This document shows, in pieces, positions 1 through 8,315 of a DNA stretch of 64,000 nucleotides; positions within the stretch are counted from its first letter, which is position 1, and every line of letters starts with the position of its first letter. Both the position numbers and the translations under genes were made by a program. The notes beneath the pieces are model-generated. The model did not search any database and was not told the origin of the DNA. It worked only from the letters and a program-made list of their open reading frames with translations. The stretch is from Candidatus Eiseniibacteriota bacterium (GTDB lineage Bacteria > Eisenbacteria > RBG-16-71-46 > CAZEPH01), in NCBI GenBank assembly GCA_044229145.1, contig JBGATO010000002.1:45873-109872 (forward strand), read 5' to 3'.

Positions 1-679
1 CGGCCGGCGACCGGCGCGCCGCGAACGGCGCCGCGAGACCTTCCGGGTCGACGCTGTAGGCGCGCGCCACGGCCGCCGCGAGCGCCTCGCGCCCTTCGAC
101 CTGCGGCAGGCCGCGCAGCGTCAGCAGGTGGCGGAACAGCACCGCCGATCCGCCGGCCGCCTGCGCGGTGAGCGATTGCGCCGCGCCGCGCTCGGCGCCG
201 CTGAGCAGATACGCCTGCCGCAACGTCACCAACTTCGAGCGCAGCTCGAACTCGCACTGATGGCGCAGGTTGTCGGCCGACACCGTCGCCGCGGCGAGCA
301 CGTCCTCGCCGTCGAGCAACGCGCGGCGCTGCCCGAAGTCGAGGAACTCGAGCGGGAACACATCGCGCGAGTTGGCGATTTGGCGCTGCGTGAGCACGAG
401 CGGCGAAAAGCGCAGGCGCCCGCTGGAGTGCGCCGCGGGATCGCCGAGACGCGCCGCGCAGGTTTCCAGCGTGGCGAACGGCAGATCGCTCAGCACGACG
501 AGCACGTTGACGTCGCTCACCGACGCGTCGAAGCCCGGTTCGAGCACGCTGCCATACAGATACAGCGCGCGGAAGCGGTCGCCGGCGGCGGCGAGGAGCG
601 GCTTGATCCACGCGCGGGTCGCGGTGGCGATGTCATCGGGGGCGCGCAGGGGCGCCGCCGGAAGCGGAAGTTGTGTCAT
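1..679 (-). CDS. nucleotidyltransferase-fold (Pol-beta superfamily) protein, partial (3' end lies before window start)
   Basis: Minus-strand ATG at 679 (cat 677-679). Reverse-complement translation begins MTQLPLPAAPLRAPDDIATATRAWIKPLLAAAGDRFRALYLYGSVLEPGFDASVSDVNVLVVL, which carries the hG[GS]x9-13Dh[DE] nucleotidyltransferase motif (YGS...DVNVLVV). Absent from the ORF track because it runs off the window edge. Confidence 0.55.
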   Translation of the reverse strand, partial: MTQLPLPAAPLRAPDDIATATRAWIKPLLAAAGDRFRALYLYGSVLEPGFDASVSDVNVLVVLSDLPFATLETCAARLGDPAAHSSGRLRFSPLVLTQRQIANSRDVFPLEFLDFGQRRALLDGEDVLAAATVSADNLRHQCEFELRSKLVTLRQAYLLSGAERGAAQSLTAQAAGGSAVLFRHLLTLRGLPQVEGREALAAAVARAYSVDPEGLAAPFAARRSPA

Positions 680-796
680 GGCCGAAAGCCTACGAGTGCC
701 TCCGAGGACTGGCAAGCGAATGCGGACGAACGGTGCCAGTGAACGGACCAGTGGCAGGGATGGTTGCAGGAATCGACGCAGCCGACCGCTTGACGC

Positions 797-2041
797 GTGA
801 CGCCGCGCGCCCCACGCTCCGCGCCGATGACGCCCGCCACCATCCGCGACGCCCGCCTGCTCTACGCCTCCGCCTTCGTGCGCGCCTTCGCCACCGGCAT
901 GCTCGGTGTGTTGATGGGCGTGCAGTTGGCGCGGCAAGGATTCGACGCGTCGCGGATCGGCGTGATCGTCGCGTGCGGCTTGGCCGGCGCGGCGGCGGCC
1001 AGCGTGGTGGCGACTTTCGGCGCAGACCGCCTCGGGCGCCGTCGGCTGCTCATCGCCCTGGCGGTGCTCGGGGCGGCGGGCGCGCTTGGGCTCGCGGCGT
1101 CGTCGGGCATGGCGATGGCGATCGCCGCGGCGACGCTCGGCATGCTCAATGGCATGGGACGTGATCGCGGCGCGGCGCTGATCCTCGAGCAGGCGATCTT
1201 GCCGTCGCTCACCACCGACGCGACCCGGACCATCGCCTTCGCGCGCTACAACATCGCGCAGGACGCGGGGCATGCGCTCGGCGGTCTCGCGGCGGGCATT
1301 CCGGCAGTGTTGGCGGCGCACACGTCGCTGAGCGAGGTGGCGGCGGGGCGCGTGATGACCCTGGCGTATGCGCCGTTGGTCCTCGCCGCGATCCCGCTGT
1401 ACCTCGCGTTGTCTCCGGCCATCGCCGCCGCGCCACGCCCGCCGCGGCGGCGGCTCGATCCGCGCACGCGGTCGCTCCTGTGGCGCATCTCGTCACTGTT
1501 CGCGCTCGACAGCCTGGGCGGCGGCTTCCTCACCACCGCGTTGCTCGGCTACTTCTTCTTCCGCCGCTTCGGCGTCGGCGAGGGCACCATCGCCGTCTTG
1601 TTCTTCGCGGCGCGGGTCATGAACGCGCTGTCGCATCTCGGCGCGGCGTGGCTGGCGCGGCGCATCGGGTTGGTCAACACGATGGTGTTCACGCACATTC
1701 CGTCGTCGCTGTTGCTCGTCACGGTAGGGATGGCGCCGTCGTTCGCGGTGGCGGCGGTGCTGTTCGTGCTGCGCGAAGGACTCGTCGAGATGGATGTGCC
1801 GACGCGGCAGTCGTACGTCATGGCGGTGGTGCCGCCGGAGGATCGCACGCTGGCGTCCGGTGTCACTGGCTTGGTGCGCACGGCGGCGTGGGCGGTGGCG
1901 CCGGGATTCGCCGGCTGGGTGATGCAGCACGTGGCGTTCGCGGTGCCGCTCTACACCGGCGCGGGGATGAAGATCGTGTATGACGTGCTGTTGTGGCGCG
2001 CGTTCCGCGGCGTCAAGCCGCCCGAGGAGACGCGCGCGTGA
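797..2041 (+). CDS. MFS transporter
   Basis: 414-aa ORF with multiple hydrophobic helices and the MFS-like motif GADRLGRRR. GTG at 797; alternative ATG at 827. Confidence 0.8.
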   Translation: MTPRAPRSAPMTPATIRDARLLYASAFVRAFATGMLGVLMGVQLARQGFDASRIGVIVACGLAGAAAASVVATFGADRLGRRRLLIALAVLGAAGALGLAASSGMAMAIAAATLGMLNGMGRDRGAALILEQAILPSLTTDATRTIAFARYNIAQDAGHALGGLAAGIPAVLAAHTSLSEVAAGRVMTLAYAPLVLAAIPLYLALSPAIAAAPRPPRRRLDPRTRSLLWRISSLFALDSLGGGFLTTALLGYFFFRRFGVGEGTIAVLFFAARVMNALSHLGAAWLARRIGLVNTMVFTHIPSSLLLVTVGMAPSFAVAAVLFVLREGLVEMDVPTRQSYVMAVVPPEDRTLASGVTGLVRTAAWAVAPGFAGWVMQHVAFAVPLYTGAGMKIVYDVLLWRAFRGVKPPEETRA

Positions 2042-3135
2042 CGGCGACCGAGCGGCGGCGGCTGCATCTCGGCGGCATCGCGTGCGGGCTCGGCTCGGCG
2101 CTGTCGTTCGGCGCCAGCGCGCCGCTCGCCAAGCTGCTGCTGCCGCACGTCGGGCCGCTGACGATGGCGGCGCTGCTCTACGGCGGCGCGACGGTCGGCC
2201 TGCACCTCACGCAGCTGGTGGCATGGCTGGCGCGCGGCCGCACGCCGCCGGAGAACCCCGACACGCCGTTGCAGCGTCACGACTATCCCGTCCTGCTCGC
2301 GACCATCCTCGCCGGCGGAGTCGCCGGGCCGATCTTCCTCATGCTGGGCCTGCAGCGGGTGAGCGGCGTCACCGGATCGCTGCTGCTCAATCTGGAAGCG
2401 CCGTGCACCATCGGCATCGCGGTGCTGGTGTTCCGCGAGCATCTCGGCGTGCGGGCGCTGGGCGGCGCGCTGGCGATCCTGGCGGGCGCGGTGGCGCTCG
2501 GCGCGCGCAGCGCCGCACCCGGCGATGGCGCGCACACGACGCCGCTCGGCGTCGCCCTGGTGGCCGCCGCCTGCGTATCGTGGGCGATCGACAGCAACCT
2601 GTCGCAGAAGCTCTCGCTGCGCGATCCCTGGCACGTGACGCGGCTCAAGACGCTCGGCGCGGCTCTCGTCTCGACGGCGATCGCAGGGGCGGCGCGCGAG
2701 ACGGCGCCGGAGTGGCGCTACGTGCCGTGGACGCTGGCGCTCGGCTACGTCAGCTACGGGCTCAGCATCATCCTGTACATCCGCGCGCTTCGCGGCATCG
2801 GCGCGGCACGGCAGGGCGCGATCTTCGCCACTGCGCCGTTCGCCGGCGCGCTGCTCGCGGTGCCGGTGCTCGGGGAGCGCGTCGGGCCGTTCGACCTCGC
2901 GGCGGGCGCGGCGATGGCGGCGGGTATCGCGCTGCTCGCCGGCGACCATCACGAGCACGAGCATGCGCACGACGCACTGGAACACGACCACCTCCACGTG
3001 CATGATGCGCACCATCAGCACGCCCACGCGGACGTGCCCGCGGGCGACGAGCCGCACGCGCATCCGCACACACACGTGCCGCTCACCCACGCGCATCCGC
3101 ACGTGAGCGACGTGCACCATCGCCACGATCACTGA
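2038..3135 (+). CDS. DMT/EamA-family transporter with His-rich C-terminal tail
   Basis: GTG at 2038 overlaps the upstream stop (GTGA); GGAGA 8 nt upstream. About 10 TM segments in two EamA-like halves. Last ~65 aa are HEHEHAHDALEHDHLHVHDAHHQHAHADVPAGDEPHAHPHTHVPLTHAHPHVSDVHHRHDH. Confidence 0.8.
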   Translation: MTATERRRLHLGGIACGLGSALSFGASAPLAKLLLPHVGPLTMAALLYGGATVGLHLTQLVAWLARGRTPPENPDTPLQRHDYPVLLATILAGGVAGPIFLMLGLQRVSGVTGSLLLNLEAPCTIGIAVLVFREHLGVRALGGALAILAGAVALGARSAAPGDGAHTTPLGVALVAAACVSWAIDSNLSQKLSLRDPWHVTRLKTLGAALVSTAIAGAARETAPEWRYVPWTLALGYVSYGLSIILYIRALRGIGAARQGAIFATAPFAGALLAVPVLGERVGPFDLAAGAAMAAGIALLAGDHHEHEHAHDALEHDHLHVHDAHHQHAHADVPAGDEPHAHPHTHVPLTHAHPHVSDVHHRHDH

Positions 3136-3161
3136 GCCGCGCCCGAAGGAGACCGTTCGCC

Positions 3162-4082
3162 GTGTCCGATCGTTTCGCCGTGAACCTGCGTCTTGGCCTG
3201 GCCGCGGCCGCCGTCGCGGCGTGCGCGTGCGTGTTCGCCGCGTGCTCATCGACCACCGAGCCGAAGATCAACCCGACGGTGATCGACACCTATCCGGCGT
3301 GGTCGCCGGACGGCCACACCATCGCGTTCACGCGGCGCAGCAGTGAGGTGTGGACGCTCGACGTGGCGAGCGGGGCGACGACCAAGATCGCCGCCGGCGT
3401 GCTGCCCGCGTGGTCGCCCGACGGGACGAAACTGGGCTACGTCAACGCCGGCCGCTACTACACGCGGGTGTGGGCCACCGGCGACACCAGCTCGGTGCAG
3501 ATCAACGGCCGCTTCCCGACGCATGACGCGGACTGGAGCCGGCTCGCCTTCGGTCTCGGCAGCAACATCTCGGGCGACACGCTCAACGGCATCTGGTACA
3601 TCGGCGACGGCGCCACCACGCCGCGGCTCCTGATGCGCGCCAACGACGTCTACCTGCCCGACGTATCGATGCTGGCCTGGGCGCCGAGCGACACCACGAT
3701 CCTCTTCATGTCGCATGTCATCGAAGGCGCGGAGGAGATCTACCAGTTCCACCTGCGCGACTCGTCGGTGGTCCTGCTCACCTCGGGCGCGCTGGTCAAC
3801 CGCGACCCCGCGTGGTCGCCCGACGGCCGCACGATCGCGTGGGCCCGGGCCTACGCCGGCGACACTAACCCCAACTCGGGCATTTGGTTGATGGACAAGG
3901 ACGGCTACCAGCAGCGCTTGCTTACCACCGGCGGGACGAAGGAGACGGTGGCGCTGTCGCCGGCGTGGTCGCCCGACGGAGCGCAGATCGTCTACTCCGG
4001 CTACAACGACGACAGCGACACGTTCACGCTGTGGGTGATCAGCACGGACGGGACGGGGAAGCGTCAGCTCACTCGCCCATAG
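3162..4082 (+). CDS. TolB-like PD40 beta-propeller lipoprotein
   Basis: Lipobox-like signal (AACACVFAACSS). Repeated AWSPDG/PAWSPDG motifs typical of WD40-like (PD40) TolB-type propellers. Confidence 0.75.
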   Translation: MSDRFAVNLRLGLAAAAVAACACVFAACSSTTEPKINPTVIDTYPAWSPDGHTIAFTRRSSEVWTLDVASGATTKIAAGVLPAWSPDGTKLGYVNAGRYYTRVWATGDTSSVQINGRFPTHDADWSRLAFGLGSNISGDTLNGIWYIGDGATTPRLLMRANDVYLPDVSMLAWAPSDTTILFMSHVIEGAEEIYQFHLRDSSVVLLTSGALVNRDPAWSPDGRTIAWARAYAGDTNPNSGIWLMDKDGYQQRLLTTGGTKETVALSPAWSPDGAQIVYSGYNDDSDTFTLWVISTDGTGKRQLTRP

Positions 4083-4205
4083 GGCTCGCTCTGGCTTAGC
4101 CCATTGAGGTAGACTTTAGGCGGCATCTCGTCCGTTCCGGTACTCGCATCGCCGCCCAGCCGGACCTGCCCTCCCGGCCCCCCATGTCCTCACCCGAGGC
4201 CCCTC

Positions 4206-7200
4206 ATGCACCCCTGTGTCCGCCACGGCCTCCGCGCCGCCGCCTTGCTGTGCGCTCTCGCGCTCGCCCCCGTCGCCCACGCCGCCACCTCGGGCGACTA
4301 CCGCACCTACAACTCCGGCGACTGGTCCAACCAGGCCGTCTGGCAGAGGTACGACGGCTCGTCGTGGATCAACGTCTCGACCTCGCCGACCTCCGCCGAC
4401 GGCGCGATCACGATCCGCGACAGCATCACGGTCACCACCTCGGTGACCGTCGATCAAGTGACGGTGAACGCCGGCAGGCAGATCACGATCAAGCTCGGGA
4501 AGACGCTGACGCTCGCCGACGGCGCGGACACCGACCTCACGATCAACGGCACCGTGCTCAACCAGGGCACGCTCGCGCTCACCGGCAGCGCGACCTGGGC
4601 GGTCAACGACGGCGGGACCTACATCCACAACACCGTGTCGGCCGTCGCCACCTCGCTGGACGCGGCGACGCTCGGCGCCGCGAGCACGATCATCTACCGC
4701 GGCTCGGACACGCTCGATCCGCCGTCGAGTCTCGGCGGCCGCACGTACGGCCACTTGCGCTACGAGTCGACGTCCGGCGCGTGGTCGTTCAATCCGACGA
4801 CGGGCCAGCCGATCACCATCCTCGGCGACTTCTTCCTCGGCACCGGCGTGACCATGACCGCCGCGAATACCGGCGTCATGACTTTCGGCGGCAACTACAC
4901 GATCGACGGCACGCTGACCAATAGCGGCGGCACGCAGAAGTACACGTTCACCGGTGCGGCGGCCACCGTCGCGGGCGCGGGCGCGATCACCTTCGAGCAG
5001 TTCAGCGTCCCGGCGGGCGCCGACCTCACGCTGGCGGCGCCGGTGACGCTGGCGTCCGGCTTCACGGCGACGGTCGACGGCACGCTGGAGGCCAACGCGG
5101 CGCTCACGGCGAACAGCACGCCGCAGGTCAACGGGACGCTGCGCCTGAATGGCGGGTCGATCTCGAGCCAGCCGACCTATGGTGCGGCGTCGACGCTGGT
5201 GCTGAACGCGACCGGCGCCGTGGGGAACGAGTGGGGTGACTCCGGCAGCACCGCCGGGCCGGGCGTGCCGCAGAACGTCAGCGTCCTCTCCGGGACCGCG
5301 ACGATGCCGGCCGCCGCGCGCACCTGCCCCGGCACGCTGAGTCTCGACGGCGGGTCGCTCACGCTTGGCGGCGCCGACCTCACCGTGGGGCAATCGCTGG
5401 CCCTCACCAGCGGCGTGCTCGCCACCGGCGGCAACACCGTCATCCTCGCCAGCGGCGGCACGGTGACGCGCGGCACGGGCCAGGTGAACGGACTGCTGCG
5501 GAAGACGGTCCCCACCGGCGCGCCCAGCGTGACCTTCGAGATCGGCGACGGCGCGCGCTACACGCCGGTCAAACTCGACTTCGCCAGCGTGACCACCGCC
5601 GGTCCGGTGACGGCGGGCACCACGACCGGCGACAATCCCCAGCTCGCGACGTCGAAACTCGACGGCGCCAAGTCCGTGAACCGCTGGTGGACGCTCACGC
5701 CCGGCAGCTTCGTGTTCACCACCTGCGATGCCAAGTTCACCTTCGACCCGGCGGATGTGGACGCCGGCGCCACTCCGGCGAACTTCATCGTCGGGCGATA
5801 CGACTCCGCGGCGTGGAGCTACCCGGCTCTCGGCAACCTCACGACGACGAGCACGCAGGCCACCAACCTCACGGCCTTCGGCGATTTTGCCCTCGGGGAG
5901 ACGATCGCGTTCACGATCACCGCCACGGCCGGCGCGAACGGCAGCATCAACCCCAGCGGCGCGGTCAGCGTGACCTACGGCAACAACAAGAATTTCACGA
6001 TAGCGCCCAACCCCTCGTACTACGTGGAAGACGTGCTGGTGGATGGCGTGAGCGTCGGGGCGGTGGACAGCTACAAGTTCTTCGACGTGCGGGCCAACCA
6101 CACCATCGCCGTGTCGTTCGCGCTAGGAACGCTGGCGTATCGCTCGGCGGCATCGGGCAACTGGAACAGCCCGACGACATGGGAGGTGTTTGACGGCGCG
6201 GCGTGGGTCGCGGCCAGCGCGCTTCCCGATCCGTCGCTGGCCGGCCCGATCACCATCCGCAGCCCGCACGTCGTCACCTGCACGGACTCGCAGACGGTCG
6301 ACGAACTCACGGTAGATGCCGGCGCGACCCTCACCGTGAACGAAGGGGAGGCAGTCGCGGTGCAGGACGGCCCGGGGACCGACTTGGTATTGAACGGCAC
6401 CCTCCACAGCATGGGCACATGCTACATGGCCTTCACCTCAAACGGCGAGGTGAACGACGGCGGCAACTACATTATCTATGCGGCATCAAACGGCCAATTA
6501 GCCAACCTAGTACTCTCGGTCCACAGCACCGTTACCTATCGTACGGAAGATGGTGTCGGTCCCTTCCATGGGGACATGACGAGCTACGGAAACCTCGTGA
6601 TTGACGGGACAGGGGTCGTGGGATTTCAGGGTAACTTGGATCTCACCGTCAGAGGAGACTGCCTGATATTGGGGGCCTCGATGCATGTCACGGCAACGGG
6701 GACGCTTCGCTTCGCCGGGGACGTCACATGCCTATCGGGTTACTTCGATCTCGATCAGAACGATGAAGAAGGTCACACCCAGATTTGCGAGTTCACGGGC
6801 GTGGGGAAGACGGTCAGCGGCTCGTTCCCCCAAATGGAGCAGGTCAAGATCCCCACCGGGGCCGACATCACAATCGAGGGCCAGTTTGTCTTCCTTCCGG
6901 GATTCGAGTCCTCCATCGACGGCACTCTGCGCGCCCAAGGGGGGGACATCACCGCAGATGGGACGGTGCGGGTCAAGGGCACCGTGCGGCTCGCGGGCGG
7001 TCCAGGTAAAGTGAAAGGGACTGGATCATTCTCGTACACCGCCGGTGCGACGCTGATTTACGATGGCGATGTCACGATGGACGCCGTCTCGTGGCCCTCT
7101 GCAAATGGCCCTACCAAGGTGACCGTCAGCAGCGGCGCAAAACTCAACATGGGCGCAGCCGCGCGAACGGTGAGCGGGACATTCCGGACGGCGGGGATTG

Positions 7201-8279
7201 TGAAGGGCAACTCGGGTGCGCTCACACTCCCCGGCGTGACGCAGATCGATCCCGGCGGCTCCTTTAACTTCACGCCGACGTACACCACGGGCTCGACACT
7301 TGTGTACAACAGTTCGGCGACCGTCGGCTCCGAGTGGAAGGCTGGCTCGGTCGCCGGCCTCGGCGTACCACAAAACGTCACCATCCAGCCGGGCGTGGGC
7401 GCCGCCGTCTCGCTGCCCGCCACCGATCGCACCTGTCCGGGCACGCTGACGTTGACCAACGGCACGCTGGCGACGGGCAACGTGACGATGATCGCCGCCG
7501 GATCCGTCGTGCGCACCGGTGGCTGGGTGAATGGCCGCTTGCAGAAGCCTGTGGCGGCGGGTGCCGTGTCGCAGGTGTTCGCGATCGGCGACTCGACCCG
7601 CTACGCGCCGGTCCAGGTGAACTACACGTCGGTCTCGGTGGGCGGCACGGTGACCGCGTCGACGACGGCGGGCGATCACCCGAGCATCGCCAGCTCGCCG
7701 CTCAACCCGGCGAAGACGGCGAACCGCGTGTGGACGCTGACCAACGTGGGGACGGTGTTCGACTCGGCGGCGGTGACGGTCACCTTCGACCCGCTCGACG
7801 TGGACGCGGGGGCCGACCCGGCGGTGTTCCTCGTGGGGCGATTCACCGCGCCCTCGACGTGGACCGCGCCGGCCGTCGGCGCACGCACCGCGACGAGCAC
7901 GCAGGCGACGGGGCTCACGGCGTTCGGCGACTTTGCCGTGGGCGAGGCTCCGGCGCCGGTGGCGGTCGGTGACCCGTGGCTGGTGAGCACGGCGATCCCG
8001 GCGGCGACGGCGCTGTTGCCTGCTGCACCGAACCCGGCGCATGGAGTCGCGCACCTGCGCTTCGCCTTGCACGAGCGCGGACCGGTGCGCCTGGCCGTGT
8101 ACGACATCCGCGGGCGTCTCGTGCGCACGCTGCTGCGCGCCGACGCGATCGCCGGCACGCACGGCCTCGTGTGGGACACGCGTGACGCGAGCGGTCACGC
8201 GGTGGGCGCGGGGCTGTACCTGCTGCGGCTCGAGACGGGCGGACGCGCCGTCACCGGCCGCTTGCAGATCGTGCGCTAG
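4206..8279 (+). CDS. giant secreted repeat protein (adhesin-like) with TIGR04183-like C-terminal sorting domain
   Basis: ATG 4206. Signal peptide MHPCVRHGLRAAALLCALALAPVAHAATS. Two homologous ~600-aa halves separated by an InlB-B-repeat-like segment (FTITATAGANGSINPSGAVSVTYGNNKNFTIAPNPSYYVEDVLVDGVSV...HTIAVSF). C terminus NPAHGVAHLRF...VRLAVYDIRGRLVRTLL...GLYLLRLETGGRAVTGRLQIVR resembles a Por-secretion tail. Confidence 0.8.
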   Translation: MHPCVRHGLRAAALLCALALAPVAHAATSGDYRTYNSGDWSNQAVWQRYDGSSWINVSTSPTSADGAITIRDSITVTTSVTVDQVTVNAGRQITIKLGKTLTLADGADTDLTINGTVLNQGTLALTGSATWAVNDGGTYIHNTVSAVATSLDAATLGAASTIIYRGSDTLDPPSSLGGRTYGHLRYESTSGAWSFNPTTGQPITILGDFFLGTGVTMTAANTGVMTFGGNYTIDGTLTNSGGTQKYTFTGAAATVAGAGAITFEQFSVPAGADLTLAAPVTLASGFTATVDGTLEANAALTANSTPQVNGTLRLNGGSISSQPTYGAASTLVLNATGAVGNEWGDSGSTAGPGVPQNVSVLSGTATMPAAARTCPGTLSLDGGSLTLGGADLTVGQSLALTSGVLATGGNTVILASGGTVTRGTGQVNGLLRKTVPTGAPSVTFEIGDGARYTPVKLDFASVTTAGPVTAGTTTGDNPQLATSKLDGAKSVNRWWTLTPGSFVFTTCDAKFTFDPADVDAGATPANFIVGRYDSAAWSYPALGNLTTTSTQATNLTAFGDFALGETIAFTITATAGANGSINPSGAVSVTYGNNKNFTIAPNPSYYVEDVLVDGVSVGAVDSYKFFDVRANHTIAVSFALGTLAYRSAASGNWNSPTTWEVFDGAAWVAASALPDPSLAGPITIRSPHVVTCTDSQTVDELTVDAGATLTVNEGEAVAVQDGPGTDLVLNGTLHSMGTCYMAFTSNGEVNDGGNYIIYAASNGQLANLVLSVHSTVTYRTEDGVGPFHGDMTSYGNLVIDGTGVVGFQGNLDLTVRGDCLILGASMHVTATGTLRFAGDVTCLSGYFDLDQNDEEGHTQICEFTGVGKTVSGSFPQMEQVKIPTGADITIEGQFVFLPGFESSIDGTLRAQGGDITADGTVRVKGTVRLAGGPGKVKGTGSFSYTAGATLIYDGDVTMDAVSWPSANGPTKVTVSSGAKLNMGAAARTVSGTFRTAGIVKGNSGALTLPGVTQIDPGGSFNFTPTYTTGSTLVYNSSATVGSEWKAGSVAGLGVPQNVTIQPGVGAAVSLPATDRTCPGTLTLTNGTLATGNVTMIAAGSVVRTGGWVNGRLQKPVAAGAVSQVFAIGDSTRYAPVQVNYTSVSVGGTVTASTTAGDHPSIASSPLNPAKTANRVWTLTNVGTVFDSAAVTVTFDPLDVDAGADPAVFLVGRFTAPSTWTAPAVGARTATSTQATGLTAFGDFAVGEAPAPVAVGDPWLVSTAIPAATALLPAAPNPAHGVAHLRFALHERGPVRLAVYDIRGRLVRTLLRADAIAGTHGLVWDTRDASGHAVGAGLYLLRLETGGRAVTGRLQIVR
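4296..5900 (+). repeat. internal tandem duplication, copy 1 (within giant secreted protein gene)
   Basis: Residues ~31-565 (YRTYNSGDWSNQAVWQRYDGSSW ... TAFGDFALGE) align along their length with residues ~645-1240. Confidence 0.7.
6138..7926 (+). repeat. internal tandem duplication, copy 2 (within giant secreted protein gene)
   Basis: Residues ~645-1240 (YRSAASGNWNSPTTWEVFDGAAW ... TAFGDFAVGE). Shared blocks include STLV.N..A.VG.EW...GS.AG.GVPQNV and RTCPGTLSL/TLT, TFDP.DVDAGA.PA.F.VGR. Boundaries approximate. Confidence 0.7.
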
Positions 8280-8315
8280 ACCTCCGGCGCGGAGTGGCGG
8301 CTCGTCGCCGGGCCG

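Noticed and set aside
673-1164. 163-aa plus ORF and 128..742 plus ORF at window start
   Set aside because: R/P-rich shadow frames. The real gene there is the minus-strand nucleotidyltransferase.
4116-6101. 661-aa minus-strand ORF antisense to the giant secreted protein gene
   Set aside because: Arg/Gly/Pro/Asp-dominated composition typical of a shadow frame in >70% GC DNA. The plus strand carries a coherent, domain-bearing protein. No family resemblance.
7026-8198. 390-aa minus-strand ORF, plus nested 152/167-aa ORFs
   Set aside because: Antisense shadow ORFs within copy 2 of the giant gene. R-rich junk composition.
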